A stretch of DNA of 61,485 nucleotides, filler included, from Sphacelaria rigidula (GCA_964200075.2; 11 parts of 11 records of this genome joined end to end with filler, not necessarily neighbours in it), one strand, 5' to 3'; shown: positions 34,616 through 47,457, counted from the whole stretch's first letter. A program made the numbers and translations. Notes: generated by a model not told the origin, from the sequence alone.

Positions 34616-37600
34616 TCGCCGCGCCCAACCCCCCGCTGGCTGCACCTCCTTCATCAGACGACGGTGTTGAAATCCCTCCTTGGCCATCGCCGGGAGCAGT
34701 GAACCAGGGGTGCTGTAAAACCTGAGATGAGGATGCACTTCAACGCGTTGGTAGGCAGTGACTTCGCCTTGTATGGAAATCGTTGATGTTGAACTCGATT
34801 GTCCTTCTACTACGTTGCGGTAAAAAGTCTGTTTGTATGTTGCTCTTTCCACATTAGGTCATTATTTATGCATATTTTGTGCGCTATCGGATATTTATGA
34901 TTCTGGTCTGCACCCACATGAGTATCGTCACCTCAAGTACCCGTCAAAGGTTCCAACGGTGCTGCTGCTCATGGTGTAAAATACTGTTTTGATTCAAGAA
35001 TGTCGTGGATATTTTGCAGCCGTGGAGTATATTGAGAAAATATACAACCGTGCACTCTGAAAGGTTGTACTGGTACGACTTGGGTGAGTACAAATCAAGT
35101 CATGCGTAACCGTCGGAAAGCCACGATTTTTCACCACTGTAAAGCGAAGACTTCCGCATTGAGCACTCCCTCATTTTCGTCCTTCTTGCTGTGGCCAGTC
35201 GGTTTTGAATTCTCCAAACATCGGGTAAGACCATTCTTTTGATGCTGCACCTACAAGGTACGCTCTATTGGAAACGATTTCGTTCTTCTTCATACCGTCT
35301 CTAAGGAAGGTCTTTTTTCAGGTTGTTTCCTCAGAAGCTGCAGGAGCAGATCGCCTGAACCCTGTGAGCGGCCCGGCAGCGGCTCCACGATTTTTTTACA
35401 GATACTCTCTTCGAGCTTTTTTAAAGTCGGCCCATAAAATGGTGGGCGGTTGGAGCTGCACCAGGGGGCAGGGGCGGCAAGAAGTGGAACAAAATGCCGG
35501 AGGCTTAGCGCTCATGGGTAACACGAGGTGGAAAACTCAAACCGAATTGGTTGATCAAGTGGCTAATGGTGTCATAGTGTTCGATACTCTGCGAAGGTTG
35601 ATTTGCGGACTGATTGGTCCCGTACGACTCTACTCTAGCTATAACGTTTCGAGAGAGAAAGTCAAGGTGAATGAACGGAAGCATTCGCTTCCTTCCGGAT
35701 AAAATCGAATCGAAGGGCTGCAAAGAGGGGCTACGAGTCGAGGGACAAGTATCGATGAACCGATGGTGGTGCTGGACTAGAAATGATGCAGAGGAGGATC
35801 ACGACGAACCCCTGCCAGAGACGCAGAAATTTATACAAGCAAGACCGTGGGAGAAGGTTGCGACTCAGTTGTCTGGGAATCGCATGAGGCAGAGCATCAA
35901 CCACTGAGCTGAAAGTGAAGGCACACAAATGCCGATAGTACACGCATGGAGAGCAAAGGGCGATGAAAATTAGAAAAAGTACTGGATGTATGATTTCCAC
36001 CGTGGAAAGCGTGAGAACGTGAGTAAACAAAGTCGTCGACTGGGTTTGTGTNNNNNNNNNNTGTGTGACGTGAGTTGACGCGGTGCGGGAGTATTGATCC
36101 AATCCGCGAGATCAAAATGAAAGGCACGTACCAGGGGAGAGATGGGTTGATCCCTTGAGACCATGGACTCATCCCGAGAAAGGGGGGGATTCAAAAAGAG
36201 AAAAACAAAATGGGGAGCTAGCATTACAAGCCAGAGGAAATGAACAACACCCAGCAGGGGAGGACAGTCATAGTATTCCGTGTATCCCCTCCACCCCATC
36301 CCCAGTCAACGACACAGCGAGTCTTTCTCCCGGTCGTTTCGATCCTGTTCGGCTCTCAAAACAGCTGTCAAGAAGGGTTGAAATGGAAAATTCGAAAGGG
36401 TGCAGTCGCATACGAGGAAAGGCGCAGATGGCTGACTATGGAAGAAGGTGAAAATCCATTGCTTGTCAACATTCATGGAGGGTGTATGGCGGTGGAGATA
36501 GTGCGGGAAAAGCTTTTCGAGACATGTTGCTTGTATCCTGGATAAATGTCGAGGTCGACGCTGGCTTGGCAATCGACGATGTCGCATGACTGCCGGGCTA
36601 CTCTGTGGTGTTAGTTTCCTGCGTTTACAGCACCTCCCAAGGTTTTCCTCTACTCGCATCAACACCATCACTTCACTTGACCTGCGTTTTCTATACGAAC
36701 ACAAGCGCACGACCCTATAGCTGAACAACTCTGCTCACCAACCCAGCATCATGAACAGAGAAACCCCGATGCCCCACACGTCGACGGGGAAGCTGTAGCC
36801 CCTAGTACGCATGGCATCGTTCGCGAGCTCGGGTGCATGATATAGGGGGGAACCTATAGATGTTCAGAAGGGTACCAGGGAAAATACGACTTGGTTGGAA
36901 ACGACTTGTACACGATGTTACGGGTTGAAACCAAGGCTTTTCATGTGCAAGCGAACCTCTCAACTGACCGCCTTCGCACCAGGAACAGCTCTGATATGGC
37001 AATCTTTGGGGTGAGCGGCAAAAGGGAGGCTACTTGGTAATCATCTTTCAACAAGTGGGTACAACTTTGACGCGCGATTCCGCTGGAGGATGTCCAAACG
37101 GCTCGAAACTCGTTTCTTTTTGTGCGAACCAAAATATGGTAGTTCCTCACCAAACCATCAGTTTCAGCGACCGTTATGACCAGGTCGGTGAATCGGCACT
37201 TCATTTTCCGTTCTAAACGTCCAGTCGCTGCCTGAACGGCACGTATTGCACCGACAGTTGGGTCATGGCATGGTGACACGCTTCGACAGATCTGCCGGAG
37301 CCCAGTGCGGAAATACTCATAATCGCGTCTCCCACAAACCTGCACCCTCGACCACCTTCGGACCGGATGGCGAGGGTTGAAATCGCGCGTGAAGATTCTC
37401 TCGCCTAGCACAACTCTCACATGGCGATCGTTGAAGCCGGCGACAGAAATGGAAGTATCACATGGCCATTTATATACTGGTTGAGATGCATGGACACCTC
37501 AGCGAGACACGTGCAACGACTCTTCAGTGTTTTTCTCATTCACTTTTGTGTCCGTTTGCTCCCTTTTACTCCTTTCCTTTGAGGCACTTTTCCCTTCTCC

Positions 37601-37965
37601 AAGTTTTCGTCAGTGAATATTCCCATTTTTCTACCTTGGATACGTCTGTGATGTGACCACGGCTGGGCTGGATCCGCAGCGGATCAGTTGATGCGCCACA
37701 ATGAATCAATCATCGAATCAGAGGGGCCCACGTGAGTCCCGTGACTGTAACGTTACTTTATTCCCTTGAGTGGGTATCGACCGACCATGTGGTGACAAGA
37801 CAACGCCGAACTCCTGCCATCAGGTGCCAACCTCACCGTATCGTCCTTCTTGCGTAAATCCCAGTATTTTGCCGCAGGCCAGTCTCCGGGTATCTGTATC
37901 TTTCCAGATTAGAAAACGTTTAGGAACGCTACTCTCTCCTGGAACAGAGGAAGATGGATACTCAC

Positions 37966-38107
37966 CGCAACGAGAGGTCGCAGGACTGCGCAATATTCTG
38001 CTGCTGCCGAAGTCTATCACCTTCACGCATCGGCACTCAGCATCGAGGACCGCGTTCAGTAGCTTGATGTCGCCATGCAGTATGCTTCGACTATGGAGAT
38101 ACGCAAC
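37966..38107 (-). pseudogene. Ser/Thr protein kinase exon (catalytic loop and DFG), part of a decayed gene
   Basis: CAG|GTT...TGCG|GTGAGT, 142 nt: VAYLHSRSILHGDIKLLNAVLDAECRCVKVIDFGSSRILRSPATSRC. It joins in phase 0 to the upstream exon ending RQLVEG. Confidence 0.8.
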
Positions 38108-38599
38108 CTGGCGATTTTGCCCAGAAAAAATTATACACGTATCGATCGGACAGTGCCTCGACTCGTTTACGCTGACAAAATCAAATCTGAAGCGAGTCTA
38201 ACTGCGCGTATCCCGTTGAATCATAACCATACGACGAACGCAAGGCACTTCCGTACTTGGTCATCTTGTCTCTTGTCGGTGTGCGCGCGGGTTTCGAGTT
38301 CACCGGAAACAAGCACCCCACTCTCGATTGTCGGTAAAAGAAGTACTTCTTGAAGCTGCACGTGACTACTCGAAAACGGTTACAAGCAGCTGGTTATCCG
38401 CAGCCTCGTGTCCTAATCCCCCCGCCGCGCAATTCCTTTTCGTGACCACAGCCCATTCTCCCGCAGCGCAATTTCCGTTCGTATTCCCACCCAGAGCCGT
38501 AAACGTCACATAGCTCTAGGGCTCTGCGACAAGTGATCGCCGTGTTCTGTTCAACAGTCCAAACACACAAGCAAACGGTGCTTTGCAAGGTGTACTCAC

Positions 38600-38770
38600 T
38601 CCTTCTACAAGCTGACGGAACAGGTTTTTAATCTCGTCATTAAGGTTACTTCCCCCGCTGTACTCCATCACAACATGCACCTGAGGTCCATGCTGAGATA
38701 TGTTGTTGTAGACAAGCCGAGGAAAAGTGGATGGTGAAGGCAACCGATGTCATGTTCTCGTCGCCATGCC
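38600..38770 (-). pseudogene. Upstream kinase exon (alphaC to alphaE), frameshifted
   Basis: REHDIGCLHHP in one frame, then FPRLVY..VHVVMEYSGGSNLNDEIKNLFRQLVEG in another, ending at donor GGA|GTGAGT. The 5' limit is uncertain. Confidence 0.65.
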
Positions 38771-39193
38771 GGGGCGCATACTTTCAGAGATTGAACAGGG
38801 CGCCATTGTGCTTCTCGGTCGTTATGCCAGTTTTCTGTCCGATGGCTCGCGGACGTCAAGCCTCCCAATAGGTCTTCTAGACAACAGCTATGAATCCATC
38901 GGTGGTGTCAGTGGGCGGGGAACCATTTCCCCGCAGGCGTGACTGGAATGGTCGAATGGGATTGTTTTTAGTGGGAAAGAGGCTGCACAGAGCATGCCCG
39001 TACCGTATAATTGTTGAGATCAATATTAACAACAAATTGTGCGAATTGAGGTTTAACTCCGAGATGAGGTTCAAGCCTAAAACAGTGCTTTCCNNNNNNN
39101 NNNNNNNNNNNNNNNNNNNNNNNNNNNNNNNNNNNNNTTAATTAATTAANNNNNNNNNNNNNNNNNNNNNNNNNNNNNNNNNNNNNNNNNNNN

Positions 39194-41411
39194 GAGGCAA
39201 AACGGGAACATCCATATAGTCCCGCACAGCAACACCTCCCGATGGCATCACGCCATCCTCCTCCAGGACCTGACCGTACAGCAGCAAAGACACCGCGATC
39301 AACGCCGCCAAATACGCCAAACCTGTCCATGCATACAGCAGTGCACACGACCACCCCAACACCACGCGACGCTCGTCGTCGCCGTCAGAATAGTGATCGC
39401 TAATAGCATCACGAGCTTGCAGCTCGCTCTGCGTACCCGCTTCACGCGGGTCACACGCCCCTATTGTTTCGATCATGCAAGGCGTGTCCACAGCTATGCG
39501 CTGCTCCGGCGGCAATTCCGCCAGCCCGGCATCCACCTGTCCTTCAAGCAGACACCCCTGCGAATCATCTGAACGATCTCCCGCCATGTCACTGGCGCAG
39601 ATAGATTCGCCATGATCACGGCAAGTCCCAAGCTCATCCTGCTCGCTCGCCATACGCGAATAAGACCCCCCTGCAGCTTCGAGCATGCAAGGAGTATCTC
39701 CAGCTACGCACTGGTCCAGCGGCAAGAAGCAACTGGGACCTGCGCCCACCAGTACTTGCCCATTGGCCCATGTAGGCCTCGCCCTCTCAACATCGCCAAC
39801 AGCAGCAGTAGTTTCACCCATACTCGCTACAGTCGCAACCTCCTGTCCGGCTTGCTCCTTGACGGCGATGGCGGCAACGCCTCTAGCGCTCTCGTGCCTG
39901 TCCCCTCGGACTAGCGATGGCTGTGTGACTTGTTCGCCTCTTCCAACAGCACTGCCAGCGGCTGCTAATTCAGCACCAACTACTGTACTCTCACTGTTCT
40001 TGCTGCCCAGTGCGTCCCTTCGGACAGTCACATGCGTCGTCACCTTCGCGCCCCTCAAAGGAGTACCGCGTTGTTGCTTCAGTCGCGGGCGAGCTGTTTC
40101 TACTACTGCACACTCAGCAGCCGCACTCTCGTGCCTGCTCACACGGACAGGCCTATGTTGTGTCGCCTTCTTGCCCGCCAAAGTGCCGGCGGCTGCCTGT
40201 GTTGTTGCTTCAGACGCGGGCGAGCTGGAATTACTGCACCCTTGACGAACAAAATGTCGTGCCTGTTCCCACCGGCGCCGACCTGCACACTATCTTGCAC
40301 CACACTCGGCGATGCTTAAGATGCATGCTTGCGCAGCGCAACAAGCATTTTCTCGTGGCCAACATCATTCGCACCATGCAAAAATGTGTCACATAGACAG
40401 TCCTCGATATGTGCGGGCATGAGGTCAGAGACCGCTGGCTCCTCAACAACGTGCCAGCGTGCTTGACGCGCCTTCGTTGCGTGCACCTCACGAAGGTAGT
40501 TCTCATACTTCCGCAGAAACTGAGCATATTTTTCACTTGAGAACTTGCGACCGTAGTAGGGCATATCCAGAAATATTGCACGGACAGCGCAACCATCGAT
40601 GACAACATATTGTAGCGGCGCACGAACAAGATGGCCGTCGACCGCGACATACTTCTGCATCTCGTACACTTCGGTCATCAGTACAGCACTCCACACCGCC
40701 TTTTATGAAAAACGACTTCGCCTGCCACTCACAGGAACAACAACTCTCTCCTCACACCGAGACGCACTATACCACCTTACAATGAAGACCACACACGCCT
40801 CTTCCTCACACAGGTCTCACCACGTCTCGAAGTCCTTAGACTCCTCTTCCTGACCGTATATGGCATAGCGTGGACCAGGCAACCCTCGCCGGCTCCACCA
40901 GGCAGTGATTGCGCCGCTCTTTTTTGGAACGCTCACGGGCTCACCAGCTGTCGATCAACCCCCCGCACCTCACGCACGAGCGATATCACAGCCCGCCCTA
41001 GCACTGCCTCAGAACCTCCTCGGCTCTACTTCTCCAACTCCTCGCGACGTTCAGACGCCTTGAGCTGGTCTTGTTCGCTACAAACTGATCAGGCCTGCAG
41101 ATTCCCTATCTTGATGTGTCAGCTGCTTGTCAGCGGACCTACCGCCAGTCAGCGGACGTCATGAACGTTCACTATAGACATCTGTTACTCAAAATTAGAT
41201 CGCCATGTGGAGTCCTCCCATCACGGGCACATGGACTTCGGCAACTTTAGTTATTCATGTATCAACACCTAGCATATACAGGAGGACAGAACCATAGCCT
41301 TTCTCCACCAGGGTAGCAGAACCAAGCCTACACGTCATGTAAGCCACCCAGCACAGAGTCCGGCAATCAGACCCGCAACTACACCTACAATGTCCCTGAC
41401 CTCAGGTAACA
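39194..41411 (-). mobile_element. LTR retrotransposon 5' part: LTR, PBS and decayed gag-like frame
   Basis: Putative LTR 41411-40949 with TGT...ACA ends, a 2-nt spacer, then PBS TGGTGAGCCCG (40946-40936). Coding begins near 40696, is broken by TAA at 40316-18 and a frameshift near 40185, then stays open to the contig end. The second LTR is not in the window. Confidence 0.65.
40936..40946 (-). promoter_or_regulatory. Primer binding site, possibly tRNA-Trp
   Basis: TGG-starting 11-mer right after the LTR CA end, complementary to a tRNA end CGGGCUCACCA. The Trp identity is an inference from eukaryotic tRNA-Trp 3' ends. Confidence 0.55.
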
Positions 41412-41431
41412 ATGGTGGCTAGAGTCGACAG

Positions 41432-42360
41432 ATGCTCAGGGCGAGTCTATCTTCTTCAGTGATTCGGAGGGAGATTATTCAGATGATTCGCAGGGGATGT
41501 CTGCTTGCAGGAAAAGTGGATGACTGGTTGGCAGATGTGGATTCGCTGGATTACGTGGTGTTGCAGTGGTCGTACGCATTGCTGTTTACATGGACGGCTT
41601 CGGCGTGTCTGGCGGCCATGGCAGAGGTTTCTCCACTGTTGCGCCGTGGGGTGTTTGAGAAGGATAGTGTGCCATCAGGAGGTGTTGCTGATCAGGATTG
41701 TGTAGCTGTTCCCGTTTCGCCTCCCGTTTCCTCTGTAAAAATGACAAAGCACAGGTGTTCGGTACTGCCCAAGTATCTGTCGAGGCAGATGGCCTGTCGC
41801 ATTGGTTCAGCGGTGCGGATATACCGTTTAGTGGCGAGCTGAGCGGTTCCACGAGGGTGCGAGCTGTTCGAGTGGAAACGCTGCTCTACGCTGTGCACGG
41901 GGTCGTGGTTCGAGTGCTGCTGTTTCTCAGGAGCGGGCTAGAGGACTACACAGAAGGCATTGAGGTGGTTGCTGTTGTGGTGAGCGCCGCGTTGGGTGCT
42001 GATGTTGAGGAGCAAGTGCTGACTGAGGAGGTCGAGTGCTTGTTGAGAAGGAGGAAACACATTATGACTAAATGATTGCAGCTTGTTATTGTGTGGTTTG
42101 TGGTCATGTTTGAGGCATGAAACATGGTTGTTGAGTGAGCATGATCGCATCGCGTGTGCAGAGCAAAACTCTGGCGTACACGTAGGTATTTGGCATGTGT
42201 GTGTTGCGCTGATCTGGATGGCACGAACGATGCATGGTGTTTGCTGCGAGGAAGGTGGCATTGCATGTGCTGGTTGGAATGCTGGCATGCATGTGTGGAA
42301 CGTTCGCTACAGTGTGTTACTAGTGCGCATGGTAACTGGCGAAGAGTCAGGGTGAGGTAG
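41432..42360 (+). mobile_element. Decayed relative of the adjacent LTR element, opposite orientation
   Basis: VVLQWSYALLFTWTASACLAA..PSGGVADQDCVAVPV (about 41554-41716) is homologous to VVLGWSCALLYAWTGLAYLAA..PSGGVAVRDYMDVPV at 39200-39366 on the minus strand. Confidence 0.65.
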
Positions 42361-42444
42361 CTTTCAATTTACTGCTGTATGCTGGATGAGGTGAACCTCG
42401 TATTTTCCTGTTCACACAGACGACACCCGGCGTAGTTCTCGTCG

Positions 42445-42556
42445 TGCAGTTTGTGGATACTGACTGTAGGAAATGGTGATTGCTACTGTTGGCGTTAAAA
42501 TGCAGTTTGTGGATACTGACTGTAGGGAATGGTGATTGCTACTGTTGGCGTTAAAA
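42445..42556 (+). repeat. 56-bp tandem duplication
   Basis: 42445-42500 and 42501-42556 differ at one base. Confidence 0.95.
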
Positions 42557-43553
42557 GTAACTACGAAATGCGTAGCCTCGTGTGTGCGCGAGGAAAACGC
42601 GAGTGTTTTTTGTGGTTGAAGATGAGTGATCTTTAGCTATGGAACGTCTTTTGAGGGAATATTTTATTCCCGTCTGGAAGGGTCATGTGGATGGAGTGTC
42701 CGTTTGTCTAAGTAAGCAACGCAGGTAAGCTGCACGCCTGTTGAGACGTGAAATGCATTATACATCGGGGTTAATCGACCGAGGATATATCACGGTCCTG
42801 AATGCAAGTTGGGATATTATATCTGGGTGCTTTCTGGGATGTACTCGGTAAAAACGAGTTTGAGAACGATATCACTACGGGTGATCAATGATGGCGGAGG
42901 TCAAGATCCGTTTGCCGTTGTTGGATTGGTATACATGGCTTGAAAACCGGTTTGAGTCACGGCTTTCTTTTCAGTATGTCAGTGAGTGGCGTAATAAAGC
43001 TTCAAAGTTTTCACGAAGAAGAGGTGTGCGATGCATACATTTTCACAGAGTTGATTGAACAAGCAAGAGACCAGCTGCGTTCTAGACGTGTTGGATACTT
43101 ATTTGACTATAGTTATGGGTATATTGCTAGGCTGTTGCACTCCGTTGCGCAGGTGTTGAACGTACGAAAGAGGAGTTTGTATGTTGAACGGTATTGAATG
43201 CGAGAGACGAATTGTCACGATGGCTTTAGAATTCGAAGTTTGGTGACGTTTAAGATTTTTTGCCAGTATAAAGTCAGGAGACTTGTTCGAGGCATAGGTT
43301 TGAGAATTGGGCGTCAGCTATCGCTCCGTGACTCGGAACGATGCAAGTAGCATGATTGCGTGTTCATGATGGACGGTATGGATCTCTTGCGAGTTGTTCG
43401 GAAATTGGACAAGCTTGTATGGCTGTTATCGAATACTGCGGTAGGGATTGGCATCCTTTGTGAATTCGACTGTACACTTTGGCAACAATGATGTCTGAGT
43501 TTATCAAGCTCTAGGTTGACTACTTGTTGGTAGTAAGCGAGCTTTGGGGGTGC

Positions 43554-44541
43554 TGTAGACTCCGGGCAACATTTTTATCGTGGTGGGGTACATGACTGTA
43601 GTGGAGAAAAATGCATAGCAGGCGTTTATAGGCTGGTTGATGGATAACGGATCTGAGAGTATGATCGGTGGACTCCGTGATGTATGATGTATGTAATACG
43701 AGATGTGCCGATCACTTCTGGTTTTAACGGAGAAATGCTGTTTCTATAACTGCTTGAGTCCTCAAGTCTCTGGGGCCCGTGACAGGGAGGAAGCCTCTGG
43801 AGCAGCACTGTGACCTTGTTCTGATTTCAGACAAGCCTACAAGAAACACTTATTCAGGAAAATTGTCGTTTCTGGATTGGGGTTTTGAAGCCGCACCCCA
43901 TAGTCACGTTGAAAAACAGGGGGGGGAGAAAGCGGCGGAGAGAGAGCTGCTGTCATATAAACGAAGGCGACTAATGTACAAAACAAGGTCACAGTGCTTC
44001 TCCAGAGGCTTCCTCTTGTCACGGGCTCCAAAAACGTCAAGACTCCAGCAGTTACACAAACAGCAGTCTTCGTTGAAACCAAAAGTGATCGGCTCACCTC
44101 GTATTGCATACATCATACATCACGGAGTCCACCGATCATACTCTCATACCCGTTATCCATCAACCAGCCTATAAACGCCTGATATGCACTTTTTCCATTG
44201 CAGTCATGTACCCAACCAAGGTAACAATGTTGTCCACGGTCTACAGGCCGTCCGACTCTATGATGCCTTTCCCACGTTTTGCTACACCTTGAACTGTGGA
44301 GAGTCTGAAATCAGAACAAGGACTCCAGAGACGTCAAGACTTGGGCAGTTATACAAATAGCAGTCTTCCTTGAAACCAGAAGTGACCGGCTCACCTCGTT
44401 TGCATACATCATACATCACGGAGTCAACCGATCATACTTTCAGACCCATTATCCATCAATCAGCCTATAAACGCCTGCCATGCATTTTCTCGACTGCAGT
44501 CAGGTATCTAACCAAGGTAACAATGTTGCCCGGGACCTACA
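43554..44541. repeat. Three copies of a 240-280 bp unit: one inverted, two direct
   Basis: Minus copy 43554-43831; plus copies about 43983-44245 and 44303-44541. All share CATACATCATACATCACGGAGTC.ACCGATCATACT..TTATCCATCAA.CAGCCTATAAACGCCTG. Confidence 0.9.
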
Positions 44542-44791
44542 ATCCGTAAGGGTCGTACATGTGGATTCACAGGGAAACATGCTGATTTTTTACAAAATCG
44601 CTCTCATTCACGTTGTGGAAGAGGCATCGACGTGTCTTGATAACAGCCGATCATCTATGTTGAGGATGGTGCTTTTCATTGAGGATGAGAANNNNNNNNN
44701 NNNNNNNNNNNNNNNNNNNNNNNNNNNNNNNNNNNTTAATTAATTAANNNNNNNNNNNNNNNNNNNNNNNNNNNNNNNNNNNNNNNNNNNN

Positions 44792-44939
44792 CCACGGCGC
44801 TTCGCGCTTGGTGGTTTGAGTGCAAGCCTTGTCCGGCGAAAACCCGGCGTGCTCCGTCCCGGCATTGTAGGGATGCGTGGTCAATGGTCAAACGACTATG
44901 GCAAGCAAAAAATGAGTACGCCCCGCCCTCTCTCTCTCT
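44792..44939 (+). mobile_element. 3' end of the poly-C-associated family at a contig start
   Basis: Aligns to 10025-10152 and ends GAGTAC+GCCCCGCCCTCTCTCT. Confidence 0.8.
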
Positions 44940-45097
44940 TGCACGGAGCGGTCTCTAATAGCTGTGGTTTCTTGTTCGTATTTTGTGCCGCGTCACGGTC
45001 ACCACTTCTTCAACCAAAAACCATCTCTCGTCGTTGTATTCCACGCCTGGTGCCATCGTGTTTTGTACCACCATCTGTCATGACATCTGCATATCAG

Positions 45098-45229
45098 GGT
45101 GAACACGACCATCGCCGGAGGCGTTTCGTGCGTTACTTCTGTCATCGTGGCCTACTTCCGCTGCGGCTACATCGACATCACCGCAGCCAATAACGGTGTT
45201 CTCGGTGGACTTGTCGGCATCACGGCCGG
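45098..45229 (+). CDS. AMT1: Ammonium transporter (AMT1 family) exon
   Basis: CAG|G...GG|GTAAGC, 132 nt: VNTTIAGGVSCVTSVIVAYFRCGYIDITAANNGVLGGLVGITAG, containing the NT and NG-x-L-x-GLV-x-ITAG motifs of Amt proteins. Confidence 0.92.
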
Positions 45230-45619
45230 GTAAGCGACAAACAAAGCAGACAGCACGGGAGCGGTATATTTCATCCTCTCACCACCCAGAGCTTTAGTTG
45301 GGCGGTACACGAATGTGTATCTGGGGAAAGGGGGGGGGTAATAATTTGTTGCTTGCCTTGGTCGTGCTGGTAGTTTCGTTGTCCGGTCTCAAAAATGCGC
45401 CATCCGCGGGCGGTACACGCCGCCGTCTGCATGAACGATATCAACGATGTTCGCAGTAAAGGGTTGACACAAGGAGCAGTCGTGGCTCGAGGGTTTGGAT
45501 CCTTGGGCAGAAGAAAACAAGAGACAAACATGAAGCATATACCCCAAAACAAAAGCGGGATAAAAAGCACTACCAACAGAGACGGTGATATGAAGGGTGG
45601 GAAAGAAAGCGCTGTATAA

Positions 45620-45820
45620 TAGTGAGTTTCGGAAAACGCTTTCACGTCATTTCAGAGTGCAAATATCTCACTATCAGAGGGCAGAATAAGAACACACCTC
45701 ATCGAAGAAACGTTAGGGGGATACCACATTTGACGGAGGGGGAAATATTTTTCTTCACACTATGATCCTGAGATATTTGCACTCTGAAATGACAAAAAAA
45801 GCGTTTTTCGAAACTCTCTG
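45620..45820. mobile_element. About 200-bp MITE in an AMT intron; second copy at 48757-48962
   Basis: Long TIR GAGTTTCGGAAAAC..GTCATTTCAGAGTGCAAATATCTCA with the mirror image at the right end. Superfamily not assigned. Confidence 0.85.
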
Positions 45821-46792
45821 ATAGCTATAAGGCGGGTCAAATCGACCTGCCCATGTTGGATTCCGCGGAGCGGAATATACTACCCTGTTTTTCTTTTGTA
45901 GGCTTTTTGCATCAACGGCGTTGCTGTACAGGCATGTGTCTCATGTATTCGTGTTCCATAACAGTTTCGAAGCTGTTCTCATGGGAGAATCATGCTCGGT
46001 TGGAAGATTGACTCACGATATCGTTGATCTCTGCCGTCCAGTTCGGGGATAGCAGTGAGACAACCGTGCCCATTGCGAAGATGATCGTGTAAGGTTTTCG
46101 ATGTCGACGTTTTGTCCTCAAGAGGGTCATATGCGAGTTTTCTGTCCGGGAGACTCGGATGACGTGTAGTTCCGTACCGGCCGCCTCACAGGGAAAACAT
46201 GTCGAAACACGGTCGCGCAAGATGTTCGCCGTGTCGGAACACAATCCGCGGTTTCGAAAAAGAATACCTATATATATGTATAGGGTTCTACTCACTATGC
46301 TAGTACGGGGTCCGAGAACATTGTTAATGTTGAAAATAATGACGGGTCACCTGCACACAGACCCCGTACTAGGATAATAAGTAGAAGACTACATGCATAT
46401 CGTTTTTTTTGTCACAGTTGGGCATGCTAGTTGAAACCTCGTTTCGGGAAAATCATGTTCCGGTTCGGGGCATTTTTCGCATGTCCAGCAGTTCACAACA
46501 CACATGACCTAGCGCATTTAGCTATGTTCTTCCCCTGCTCTGAAATCGTTCCGTAATATTTATACTTTTGTCGTACAGTATAAAGATGTTCGTCTGCGTT
46601 CCTTTTTGTGAAACTGAGGGTTCAGCGTATCTTCATTGCAGGTTTTTCAACACGTGTTCATTACGTAGTTTTCGTTTTTTCAGTTGTTGATGGTCATTTC
46701 ATTCCAGTTCGGTCAAGTCTTTATATATATAATATATATATATATATATATTTCCCGTCCGTCGACTTTTGTTACTATTTTGTCTGGGCCAG

Positions 46793-46886
46793 GTGCTCTG
46801 TGGTGATGCCAGAAGGAGCTGTTGTCGTGGGATTCGTGTCCGGTATCGTGTACAACCTCGCCAGCGCTCTGCTACTTAAGCTGCAG
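46793..46886 (+). CDS. AMT1: Ammonium transporter (AMT1 family) exon
   Basis: CAG|G...CAG|GTACGC, 94 nt, phase-compatible with both neighbours: CSVVMPEGAVVVGFVSGIVYNLASALLLKLQ. Confidence 0.92.
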
Positions 46887-47117
46887 GTACGCACACGAGT
46901 CATGCTACGATTGGGAGGGGGGTTGCTCGATTCCACGAAATAAAGGGCTTATGGGTGTGTCAGACGACCTGACACACTCGCGGTGCGCTATATTTGGGCT
47001 ACAATGGTGTCATGCAGTATGAAAAAGCTCAACTCATCGGCAACAAGCGCGTTTGAATAACTGTTGCTGCTTTCAATCACGATTTGAAGTGGAATTTCGT
47101 GCAAGAAATGGACTAAA

Positions 47118-47148
<31 letters not shown>

Positions 47149-47457
47149 TGCCCCCCCCACCACCCACTGTTCTGTTTTTTCTTCGTTTTNNNNNNNNNNG
47201 GCGTTTTAAATATTCTTGCTGCTTTCTATCCCATTTTTAAGTGTGATTTTTTGTAAAAAATTTACTAACTCCCCCCCCCCCCCCCCCTCCTATCGTAGCA
47301 TGACTGACGCCTTGGAGTTGTTTTTGGTTACTATTACTAAAGTATCGAAGACTTGTTTTTTCTTGTCAGCGTATAGGCATATATATATATACATAGTTAT
47401 ATGATGATTAGTTTGACACTCCATGGTTTTGAGGTTCGGTTCGCATGTGCTGTGTGA

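Noticed and set aside
34428..34702. His-Pro / Gly-Glu repeat ORFs
   Set aside because: Explained by the (CACCCT)n low-complexity tract; no supported splice context.
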